A stretch of DNA of 64,000 bases from Pecten maximus (GCF_902652985.1 NC_047033.1:25482001-25546000); one strand, 5' to 3'. Counted from the first letter of the stretch, positions 25,173 through 37,385 are shown. Numbers and translations: made by a program. Notes: generated from the letters alone by a model not told the origin.

Positions 25173-27894
25173 TTTACACAAAAAAACGATACACCGACAA
25201 ACTCATATACACTGTATACGGTATAAAATAGCCATGTAAGGATACCTTCTTTTTCTGGATACTACGAATTGAAAGAGAAAGTCATTGTTGATAATCGGTA
25301 TCAGATAATGAATGGACATTTCATTGTTATGAGGAGAAAAAAACTCATTTCCTAACAGAAATTTTAGAATTTGATCCGCCTGGCGAAACAATGTCGACAT
25401 ATTTGAAATAGCCATGCAGTATTCAGCCACAGGCACGGGCGTGAAATAATTTCAAACATCGGTTGAGTTTGTGCGCTGTATGAAAAGTGAAACAAAAAAA
25501 ATTAAGAAGCGATACAACAACATCTTTTTAAACCAGACTTCGTTTTTAAGTGCTCCATGTTGAACCCCGGTGCTTTCACTTTAGAAACCCCGCGCCGTGG
25601 TGGGGGTTTTACACGGTGATATACCCCCAGCCCAAACACACAAGGACTTAAATCTCAGGTGAAGTTTGACAATGTCATACATGTCCTAGTTTACAAAATA
25701 TGATTTACATATACTGGGTTTAATAGATGTTGCATATACAGCATTGTATACAGAAAACTGACAACTCAAATGCAGTCTCACGTAATTAGATATGGAGTCC
25801 CGTACACAGCAGAAAATTGAAATCAACACAAACAAAGTCGCGGTACTAACTCAGGTCATTAAGGTCTCCCATTAGCTTGGTGGGAGGATGTCGACTTAGA
25901 TAGCAAAAGGCCACTAAGTTAAGTCTCAAGTATAAGTGTTGCATATTCCAAATTTATTCCTATTCAATTAAAACATGTATAATTCAAAATCGATTTGATA
26001 CTGTAGGCATGATATCACATGCTCTTTTTCATTACTGAACATTGGTAGGAGGATCATGACTTAATCACAGGGACAACATTCCCAACTCACGTATGGACGT
26101 AGGTTTTGAGTTCGTGCCGAGTCCCTGAAGCAGCATTCCAGAACTCAATTATAGTTGAGATTCATACTTTACCGATAGCCTTCAAAACTTCCGCTACCGT
26201 CAAACAGACATGGCACAAAACGAAATATAGGTGCTGTCGACAAGTTTTCTGATTGTCGATACGCAGGTTCCATAGTTTGTCTATCATATATACACAGATC
26301 CATGAATCTGGGTAACACACCACACACTAAAAGACGTAAGTATTAGAGTTTTTTTTAAAAGTCTTTATACGTAGTTTAGATAAAATGTTAATAATATGAT
26401 TACTATAGTAGAATGAAGTTACAATGACGTAATTTAGAAAACATTGTGTTCGGAAACTGATCATTAACACGCCTATAACATTACCTTCTGTGTTGTATTA
26501 ATTAGTACGTACATTAACGCTTTAAGGATAATCGAATTATATTTGTACCCAAAACAAAATATCCGGATATCTGGCCATCAAACCAGCGTGATATGATTCT
26601 TTATTCATAAAGAGGTATGGCACATATTGGTCTGTTTCGAACTAACGGGGACAGTATTGAGAATAAAAAAATAAATGTTAAAAACTGACTGTTTGAAAAC
26701 GAACCTTAAATCTATAAAATATTGATATTCTTTTCTGCGAAAAAATTCCGTAAAGTTGCATCATTTGGCTATTTGCATCTTTCGAATATGTCAATTTTAC
26801 TTCACAATCTGTTCAAAACGCACAGCCACTGTGAAAATCACTGGGGTCATGTGATATTTCACCTGTACTTTTTTTGTGCAGATTATCGCTGTACGAACGA
26901 CCATACCTCTTTACAGGACGATATATATATATTGACTTCAAATTCCAACATCGTAACCAGCAAGGTGATTACAGGTAATTATACACATGTGACTTCCTTG
27001 ATATCATATAGTTCGTACTACAGATCCGTGTAATCAAAGTTTACAGCCATATTGGCCATATTCCTGGTGGCAGTTTTCCTTTCACGACGTTGTTTTCTGA
27101 AAGTCAACCTAAAGATCGTTACTCGTAGCATATTCCGGGAAACGTTTTCCATCAGTCATTGATAGAAAGATTGTTGACGAATTATTAGTAAGAGGCATTG
27201 ATCTGAATTATGTGATGTTAAAACAACCTAATCATTGATGGTTTCCAATTGGTTTTGGGACCTAATGGGTAAATTGAAATTGACGAACATTAATTAGGTC
27301 TTGAAAACACACGGTACTCAGTATAATTTAAGTATCGGAAAAGAGGTTATTCACTTAAATATATTCAAGTTTTATGAACTTGAATTATTCATGGAAGCTT
27401 AAACTTATTCCGAGAACTTAATTGCAATTGTGGGCGTTCAAATGTGTTCCAGGAAACTTAAACTATTTCATGGATCTTAAATGTATTCATGGGATTTTAA
27501 TTTTATTCGGGGATCCAAAAACGTATCCTAGGGAACTTAAATAAATTACCGGAATCTTGAATGCATTTTCAGGAGCTTCAATGTATTCCAAGATCAATAA
27601 TGCATTCCTGGGAGCTTAAAGGATTACGGGAACTTAAATATATTCTCGGGAACTTACAGAATTTTTTTGGGGGAGCATAAATGTATTCCGGGATTTTCAA
27701 TATATTCCGGGATATTAAATGTATTGCTTAATCTAAATAGTATTCCCATGAACTAAAATGCATAAAATGTAACTTGCATGTATTCTTGGAGTCTTGGAGT
27801 ACATCATGTATTTCATATTTCAAGTTGAATTATTTAATGTTTTATATTGGTCATGATATTTATACTGTATATATTTTCCAGTGGATTACCAACT

Positions 27895-29555
27895 ATGACC
27901 GAGTTAAGCTTCATCAGCAAACCCCAGTCACAACCGATGAAATACAAGTCCATTGTTGACGTTTTCGATGAGAATGCGAGCGAGTTTCCGGAGAAGGAAA
28001 TATGCATCCAGCGTTTCCCTGACGGATCTCGACGTTCGATAACCTACAGCGACCTGAAGCGGAAGTCAATGAGGACTGCTTCGTACCTGGTGGGTCAAGG
28101 TATCAAAGTTGGAGATAAAGTAGGAATCGCGGGTCCTAACTCCATAGAATGGATCATCGGGGAGCTAGCTATCCTCATGGCCGGCGCCGTTAGTGTTCAT
28201 CTGCCTATGTTCGAAGGGAATTTCCGGAAGACCCTCGAAGGAATACAGCTTTCAGAATGTAAGTCAGTTCTACTTGATCCAGAGAATGACGTCAAGATTT
28301 TAGAAGATATCGAGGAATATCAAAGCAACAATCCTTCAAATGAAAGATGTGGATCAGAGAACCTCGTCTTTGTCCTACTCCGGAAGATTGGGAAATCTTT
28401 CCTACCTGACGTGGAATCAATGGAAATATCAGATGAACATCACAGAGCGGAAACTTCCCCGAATCTTTCCGGAGACCCCGGCCATTATTTTCATTACATC
28501 TGGTTCAACAGAAAAGCCTAAAATGGTCGAATGTACACATTTAGCATTAGTAAACACGGGATCCGCTTACATGTTCACTCGCGGTGTCGGCGGGAAAGGA
28601 GAATCATACTTCAACGATCGCCCTTTCTCCTGGATGGGAGGTAGCATTATATACTGTCTACTACAGGCGGACACTAGAGTGTTTCGGGATGGAAGGATAA
28701 CTGCGAAAGGAGGTGATATTATGGACCTCTGGAATATCATCATGGAAGAAAAATGCACCAGTGGTCTTTTCCTGCCTTTCACCATCTATGATATGTTGCA
28801 GAACAAAGATAAAATCGCCAAGACAGGATACCGAATGAAATCCGTCATCACTGGAGGTCAAATAATCAAACGCAAAGAGACAGGGATTCTAGGAGACGTT
28901 TGTGAAAGTTTGTACATGTTGTATGGGTCAACAGAGGTAGGCATAGTGACTTACTGTCAAATAGACGGACGCATGGAAACTGGACGTCTTGGGTCCGTTT
29001 TCCCCGGAGTTCAAATCAAAGTCGTTGATGAAGATTTGAACACGGTTGTTCGTGGAGAAATGGGTACACTGTATATAAAATCACCTTGGATGTTGAACGG
29101 ATACTTCAACGCAACAGAAGATCAAAATAAATCCATTGTAGACGGCTGGATGAATACAGGAGACGTCGGGATTCTAAGGACTGACGGACAACTCATCATC
29201 AAAGGGAAAATGAACAATATCATCAAACGAGGCACTTTAAAGGTGGTATCGGGGGAGGTTGAGGAATGCATAGCCACAATTGCAGGCGTGAAAGATGCTG
29301 TTGTCATCGCAATTCCAGATCCCCGGTTGTATGAAGAGGTTTGCGCATGCGTTGTGTTAGATAAACATACATCAGTTACCATACAGGATATTCGGACTCG
29401 CTGCGCAGAAAACCTTGGGGACAATGTCGTAGGACAAGCCCCCAATTTTTTATCTCGAGTTTGATTACACTGCCACAAGCTAGGAACGGGAAAACCGGAC
29501 AAGGTCAAAATTAAACAGGACGTAATGAGCAGATTGGGCATCAAGTACTCAGTAA
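27895..29555 (+). pseudogene. Acyl-CoA synthetase / AMP-binding enzyme, copy 4, disrupted
   Basis: 2-bp deletion at ~28440, P-loop change TSGSTEKPK (G>E), and four 1-bp insertions between 29441 and 29546. Net length 1661 bp. Confidence 0.8.
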
Positions 29556-30953
29556 ACTGTTCACGACCTGCAGAGACATTTCTCATTGACATAATTTGGA
29601 TAAACTTATTAATGGGCCTTTAGGTCGAGTAGGACCGCGTACCCTAATAATAGGCGTGACATAGATGATGAAATTATCAAGATCATATACTTAATCAGCT
29701 CCAAACCCAGATAACAAATTTTCTATTTAACGAGGTAAGCTTTTGTTTTGCATTGTTGGTATATTAATTTGTATGGTTCGTAAAAGCTACTACTTTAGAC
29801 ATTTTGAATGAGAGAAACAGTGGATTAGTACTAACTATGGTGATTGTCAGCCCCTACGGGTTAGACCATTTTATCTATAGCTCTTTGTTAGAATTGTGTA
29901 CGATTGTATATATTTTGATGACTCGTAACTCGTGACAAATATGATATTCATTGCCGGTTGTTGCGTGTGGATGTTAAGGCCATAGGTGTGGATGTTAAGG
30001 TAAGAGATTTGGATATTAATGTCATGCATGTAGATGTTAAGGTCGTATCAAGTCTGTGTCTTTGTCATACCCCAAGAGTAGGATCACGTGCATTTGATGT
30101 TTATGATAAAGGCGACATAATCAAAGTTGTGACATTGATGACGAAACTCCCAAGATAAAATAACTTGATATATACAGCTGTATATCATATTATTATATAT
30201 CATCAGCCATCACATAAGTATCCGGATTCTGTCAGTTTTGTATGTTACCGTATTGTGTAACGTTACTTGTGTACATCTCCGGATGTTGTTTTTATACTTA
30301 GTTGGTTAAACAAATGGTTATTCGCTTACCACGTGTTTGACGATTATCTAAATATTATAACTATCACGAACCAAACTAATTTCCCATACACACAACGTAA
30401 CCAGACCCTCGTTTCATCAACGTGACTCAACTTTACTTACATTTTCCCATAGGAAAGCATTACAGAATTGAGGGAAGGTTCCTTACTTAGATATTTTCCT
30501 TAAATGATGTCAAGATTTCCCATAGAAAAATTAAAATGAAAGTTTTTTCTTAAGTTAAAGAACACTGATGAATGCGCATGCGTATCTGAGTGTTTACGGC
30601 AGCGGGGCCGCGAACATCAAGGTGTAGCGTCCTAAAGGGGAGAACTAATAAGTTCAAGGGCCATGTGTAGTTAATGGGTTATACATCTCTATTCCTGTAC
30701 CAAAACCATTACTTAATCAATTCAAAACCAGTAAGCTTAAATATGTCAATTTCAAAACAAGAACGATTTACTATACATCCGATATGCAGTTGTTAACTTT
30801 GTTCAAGATTTTGTTGGATTCGACGTGTAATGTCGTCGGACTGTTTGATTAAAAAAATGTATCAAATCTTTTGATTTTGTATATCTTTAAGTAACAGACG
30901 CCGAGTCAAAATATCATACTAAATCTCTGGTTAAGTTATGTTGGGCGAGAAAC

Positions 30954-31074
30954 TATGGTGGCTGATTTCTGCCATTTCTTTGTTTCGTTCTGGCGCCCCG
31001 ACAATCTTCGTCTTTTCGCCCCCGATAATTAGCGTCAGAACGAAACAACGAAATGGCAGAAGTCAAGCACCATA
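30954..31074. mobile_element. 121-bp MITE with ~43-bp imperfect TIRs and 6-bp TSD
   Basis: TATGGTGGCTGATTTCTGCCATTTC... / ...GAAATGGCAGAAGTCAAGCACCATA. TSD AGAAAC at 30948-30953 and 31075-31080. The paralogous empty site is at 16550-16555. Confidence 0.88.
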
Positions 31075-31458
31075 AGAAACGGAGAAAAAGCTGCATTACG
31101 TGTATTTGTAATTCAATATAATTGGGTACTATTGCTATTTTATCAAATGACATTTAATGTAACTAGAATAAAGAATCCGGTAGTGCTTCAAACAAGAGAT
31201 ACAACGGGTCTGCATTGCTCGCCTGCTTCTGACCGCTACTGTTATAGACGAAATGCGCTTGACACTTTGATAACTTTCCCGCTACAGCTCCTAACTAATC
31301 TAATGCCTTCATTGATCAAATTCATCGAAAATTCACCTGATTTATTCATGTAAACTTAATTAAATGATTAAAATTTCAGTGGCAAAATGAATGGGGTCAA
31401 CATGTAGACATTTCAAAACACTCGATTTAAGCAAGTATCGGTGAATGGTCTCCAAAAA

Positions 31459-32352
31459 AGACACCAAACGTCCAATACCACGTCAACACAAGACACCAAA
31501 CTTACACCACAGTGTCAACACAAGACTCCAAACGTACACCACACTGTCAACACAAGACACCAAACGTACACCACACTGTCAACACAGGACACCAAACGTA
31601 CACCACGTCAACACATGACACCAAACGTACACCACAACGTCACCAAAAGACCCCAAACGTACACCACAACGTCAACATAAGACACCAAACGTACACCACA
31701 ACGTTAACACATGACACCAAACGTACACCACACTGTCAACACATGACACCAAACGTACACCACACTGTCAACCACACTGTCAACACATGACACCAAACGT
31801 ACACCACAGTGTCAACACAAGACACCAAACGTCCACCACAGTGTCAACACAAGACACCAAACGTACACCACAGTGTCAACACAAGACTCCAAACGTACAC
31901 CACGTCAACACAAGACACCAAACGTACACCACAACGTCAACACACGACACCAAACGTACACCACAACGTCAACACATGACACCAAATGTACACCACAGTG
32001 TCAACACACGACACCAAACGTACACCACAGTGTCAACACAAGACACCAAACGTACACCACAGTGTCAATACAAGACACCAAACGTACACCACAACGTCAA
32101 CACAAGACATCAAACGTACACCACAACGTCAACACAAGACATCAAACGTACATCAGTGTCAACACAAGACACCAAATGTACACTACAACGTCAACAAAAG
32201 ACACCAAACATACACCACAGTGTAAACACAAGACACCAAACGTACACCAGTGTCAACATAAGACACCAAACGTACACCACAGTGTCAACACAACGTCACC
32301 AAAAGACACCAAACATACACGACAACGTCAACACAAGACACCAAACGTACAC
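31459..32352. repeat. 32-bp minisatellite, array 7
   Basis: Same unit and same left flank GGTGAATGGTCTCC. Confidence 0.92.
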
Positions 32353-33134
32353 AAGCCAATGAGTTGCAGTTATAATCATGGACTGAAGCAGTATTCCAGC
32401 GCTTAATTGATAATTGTCTTATAGAATAATTCCTTAATTTTACCATTGGACTTCAAAACTCGCCGTATCGTCAACAGACGTGGCACAAAAATGTGAAGTT
32501 GCTATATGTTTCCCACTTGTTGACACAGAGGTTCCGTAGTTTAACTGATTCGTGTATCTGGGATGACATACCGAACAAAAACAGACGTAAGTATTGCAGT
32601 TTAATTACCTAGCTATGTGGCTTTTATTTTGTAAATATCATGATCACAAGTAGAATGAAGACACTACGATGTAATTTAGAAAACATTGTATTCGGATATT
32701 GACTATTAGCATGCGTCTTACGTTGTGTTCAATGTTTTATAAAGTAGACCGTACATATACGTTCTGAGGCGAGTCGAAATATGTATGTGTACCCAACATA
32801 AGATATGTTAATGTCATCCACCTAGATCTTCACTCTTATCATATTCCGGGAAACGTTTTCCACCAGTCCTTGATCGAAAGATTCTTGAGGAATTTTAAGA
32901 TAGATGCAATGACATGAATTATAAGAAGTTTAAACAATCTAACCGTTGATGTTTTCCTAATGATAAGGTCCTAATGGGTCAATTGAAATTGATAAATATT
33001 AAGGAGGTCTTTAAAGCACACAATGTACTCAGTCTAATTCAATTAAATTGTCAGAAAACAAGATATTTAAGTTTTATCAGCCTAAATGTATTCGTTGGAG
33101 CTTAAAATGATTCGGGGAACTTAAATGCATTTGT

Positions 33135-33183
33135 TAACGCCGCCGTAGCCGGTCCCAAGCCCGTGTTGAGAAAGGAGGAGGGG
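33135..33183 (+). ncRNA. Twister self-cleaving ribozyme core (P1 type, lacking its own 5' P1 strand)
   Basis: T^AACGCCGCCGTAGCCGGTCCCAAGCCCG...AAAGGAGGAGGGG aligns to the rice twister as recalled (U^AACACUGCCAAUGCCGGUCCCAAGCCCGGAUAAAAGUGGAGGG). The catalytic A (33136) and G (33178) and both pseudoknot pairings are present. Confidence 0.82.
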
Positions 33184-33297
33184 AACACCAATTGACAACA
33201 TCTAACAGTCACCCCGGACTAATGTTCTAACCTAGAGTCGCGAGTAGAGATTGTAACCTAAATCGAGACTTTAAACCAGCGACATCAACATCACATC
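33136..33297 (+). mobile_element. 162-bp non-autonomous retroposon headed by a twister ribozyme
   Basis: Perfect 13-bp TSD AAATGCATTTGTT (33123-33135 / 33298-33310) and (ACATC)n-like tail. The insert is absent from the paralogous sites (~7610, ~12990, ~27420). Confidence 0.88.
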
Positions 33298-33909
33298 AAA
33301 TGCATTTGTTGGAGCTTAACTGTATTCCAGGAAACTTAAAACTATTTCATGGATCTTAATTGTATTCTTGGATCTTAAATGCATTCCCTGAGATCTTAAT
33401 TGTATTCCGGTATCTAAAGCGTATTCTCTGGAAATTAAAAATACTCGTGGAAACGTAAATATATTACAGGAGTGTTGAATATAATTCCGGGAGCTTCAAT
33501 GTATTTCCGGGATCTTAAATACATCACGGGAGCTTTAATATATTCAGAAGCATAGTACAGATTTTAACAAACATGTGACATATACATTGTATCTGAAGGT
33601 GAGATAACCTTGCATTTCATTGTATTTTATCTTACACATGACATACCCTTGTTATCTACGCTGAGTATGAGTAAACTCGCAATGCAATACCACTGATAGC
33701 CTACCTAAAATATATAGCTGGTAGGACGAATATCTGACTAACATTTCAATCACAGGTATATATTTAGTATTTTATGTTGATGACCGGGTCCATGAAGTAT
33801 TGGATGTTTTACGCTGAGGCCCGCGTCATTAAAGTATCTAATTATGGTTTATGTCGATGTTTCGCGGATGATAATCATACTTATATCTATTTTCAGTGGA
33901 TTATCAACT

Positions 33910-35567
33910 ATGACCGAGTTAAGCTTCATCAACGAACCCCAGTCACAACCGATCAAATATAAGTCCATTGTTGACGTTTTCAATGAGAATGCGAGCGAGT
34001 TTCCGGAGAAGGAAATATGCATCCAGCGTTTCCCTGACGGATCTCGGCGTTCGATAACCTACAGAGAACTGAAGCAGAAGGCAGTGAGGACTGCTTCGTA
34101 CCTGATGGGTCAAGGTATTAAAGTTGGACATAAAGTAGGAATCACGGGGCCTAACTCGATAGAATGGATCATCGGGGAGCTAGCTATCCTCATAGCCGGC
34201 GCCGTAAGTGTACATCTGCCAATGTTCGAAGGGAATTTCCGGAAGACCCTCGAAGGAATACAGATTTCAGAATGTGAGTCAGTTCTACTTGATCCAGAGA
34301 ATGACGTCAAGTTTGTAAAGGACATCGAGGAATATGTAAGCAACAGTCCATCAAATGAAAGAAGTGGATCAGAGAACCTGGTCTTTGTCCTACTCCGGAA
34401 GATTGGGAAATCTATCCTACCTGACGTAGAATCAATGGAAAATTAGATGAACATCACATAGAGCGGAAACTTCCTCGAATCTTTCCAGAGACCCCGGCCA
34501 TTATTTTCATGACATCTGGTTCAACAGGAAAGCCTAAAATGGTCGAATGTACACATTTAGCATTAGTAAACACGGGATCCGCTTACATGTTCACTCGCGG
34601 TTCCGGCGAGAAAGGGGAATCATACTTCAACGATCGGCCTTTCTCCTGGATCGGAGGTAATATTATATACTGCCTACTACAGGCGGACACAAGAGTGTTT
34701 CGGGATGGCAGGATAACTGCGAAAGGAGGCGATATTATGGACCTCTGGAATATCATCATGGAAGAAAAATGCACCAGTGGTATTTTCCTGCCTTTCACCA
34801 TCTATGATATGTTGCAGAACAAAGATAAAATCGCCAAGACAGGATACCGAATGAAATCTGTCATCACTGGAGGTCAAATAATCAAAAGTAAAGAGACAGG
34901 GATTCTGGGACAGGTTTGTGAAAGTTTGTACATGTTGTATGGGTCAACAGAGGTAGGCATAGTGACTCACTGTCGAATAGACGGACGCATGGAAACTGGA
35001 CTTCTTGGGTCCGTTTTCCCCGGAGTTCAGATCAAAGTCGTTGATGAAGATTTGAACACGGTTGTTCGTGGAGAAATGGGTACACTTTTTATAAAATCAC
35101 TTTGGATGTTGAAAGGATACTTCAACGCAACAGAAGATCAAAATAAATCCATTGTAGACGGCTGGATGAATACAGGGGACGTCGGGATTCTAAGGACAGA
35201 CGGACAACTCATAATCAAAGGGAAAATGAACAATATCATCAAACGAGGCACTCTAAAAGTGCTATCGGGGGAGATTGAAGAAAGCATAGCCACAATTGCA
35301 GGCGTGAAAGATGCTGTTGTCATCGCCGTTCCAGATCCCCGGTTGTATGAAGAGGTTTGCGCATGCGTTGTGTTAGATAAACATACATCAGTTACCATAC
35401 AGGATGTTCGGACTCGCTGCGCAGAAAACCTTGGGGACAATATCGTAGGACAAGCCCCCACTTTTTATCTCGAGTTTGATACACTGCCACAACTAGGAAC
35501 GGGAAAACCGGACAAGGTCAAAATTAAACAGGACGCAATGAGCAGATTGGGCATCAATACTCAGTAA
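33910..35567 (+). pseudogene. Acyl-CoA synthetase / AMP-binding enzyme, copy 5, frameshifted
   Basis: 1-bp deletion in an A-run at ~34441 (ATGGAAAATTAGAT) gives TAG. The rest is open, with all motifs. Length 1658 bp. This could be an assembly indel. Confidence 0.8.
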
Positions 35568-36105
35568 ACTGTTCACGACATGAAGAGACGTTCACTTTAT
35601 CATTATCTTATATCTTTAGGGTTCGTGTCTTTTTTGTACACGCACATGTCCCAACTGAGGATCGCATCATGTGCCTTTTAGGCTTTGGTGTTTAAGCGAC
35701 ATAATTATACCATGTATATTTTATTAGCCTTCAAGTAAGTATTCAGAATATGTTCGTTTTGTATGTTATTGTACTGCATCACGTAACTTGTATCCGTCAC
35801 CGAAAGTTATAGGTGACTCAATCATACAACTTAATCAGACCCTCCTTTCATCAACGTTTCTCAACATTACTTCGATTTCCACATATGAATACGCTAGCAG
35901 AATTTAAGGAAGGCGGCTTAGCTTGTATTTCCCCCTTAAATTCTGAAATACTAATTCCTATATCAAATGTTATCTATGTTCAGGAATTTCCTCAAAGAAC
36001 GTGGATAAAAACAGGACCTGGACTAAAATTAAAACCAGATAACAGGTTTTCAGTAAAGATATCCCGTTTTCTGTAGCAATGGAGAGGTTCATATTTTGGT
36101 AAATT

Positions 36106-37385
36106 GATTTGTATGGGTTGTCAAAGCTGACATAGATTTGTATGGGTTGTCAAAGCTGACAGATTTGTATGGGTTGTCAAAGCTGACAGATTTGTATGGG
36201 TTGTCAAAGCTGACATAGATTTGTATGGGTTGTCAAAGCTGACATAGATTTGTATGAGTTGTCAAAGCTGACATAGATTTGTATGGGTTGTCAGAGCTGA
36301 CACAGATTTGTATGGGTTGTCATAGCTGACATAGATTTGTATGGGTTGTCATAGCTGACATAGATTTGTATGGGTTGTCATAGCTGACATAGATTTGTAT
36401 GTGTTGTCATAGCTGACACAGATTTGTATGGGTTGTCATAGCTGACATAGATTTGTATGGGTTGTCAAAGCTGACACAGATTTGTATGGGTTGTCAAAGC
36501 TGACAGATTTGTATGGGTTGTCAAAGCCGACATAGATTTGTATGGGTTGTCAAAGCTGACAGATTTGTATGGGTTGTCAAAGTTGACATAGATTTGTATG
36601 TGTTGTCATAGCTGACATAGATTTGTAAAGGTTGTCAAAGCTGACAGATTTGTATGGGTTGTCAAAGCTGACAGATTTGTATGGGTTGTCAAAGTTGACA
36701 TAGATTTGTATGGGTTGTCATAGCTGACATAGATTTGAATGGGTTGTCAAAGCTGACAGATTTGTATGGGTTGTCATAGCTGACATAGATTTGTATGGGT
36801 TGTCAAAGCTGACATAGATTTGTATGGGTTGTCATAGCTGACATAGATTTGTATGGGTTGTCATAGCTGACAGATTTGTATGGGTTGTCAAAGCTGACAC
36901 AGATTTGTATGAGTTGTCATAGATGACATAGATTTGTATGGGTTGTCAAAGCTGACACAGATTTGTATGAGTTGTCATAGATGACATAGATTTGTATGGG
37001 TTGTCAAAGCTGACATAGATTTGTATGTGTTGTCATAGATGACATAGATTTGTATGGGTTGTCAAAGCTGACACAGATTTGTATGAGTTGTCAAAGCTGA
37101 CATAGATTTGTATGGGTTGTCAAAGCTGACAGATTTGTATGGGTTGTCATAGCTGACATAGATTTGTATGGGTTGTCAAAGCTGACAGATTTGTATGGGT
37201 TGTCATAGCTGACATAGATTTGTATGGGTTGTCAAAGCTGACACAGATTTGTATGGGTTGTCAAAGCTGACACAGATTTGTATGGGTTGTCAAACCTGAC
37301 ACAGATTTGTATGGGTTGTCAAAGCTGACATAGATTTGTATGGGTTGTCAAACCTGACATCGATTTGTATGAGTTGTCAAAGCTG
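36106..37385. repeat. 27/29-bp minisatellite (GATTTGTATGGGTTGTCAAAGCTGACA[TA]), ~45 units
   Basis: Direct tandem periodicity with an internal palindrome TGTCA-AAGC-TGACA. Confidence 0.95.

Noticed and set aside
4972-32406. Long Thr/His/Gln-rich ORFs (up to 661 aa) resembling mucin or adhesive proteins
   Set aside because: They are open in all three frames because the 32-bp unit lacks stops on the + strand. The unit is not a multiple of 3, and there is no credible start or signal peptide.
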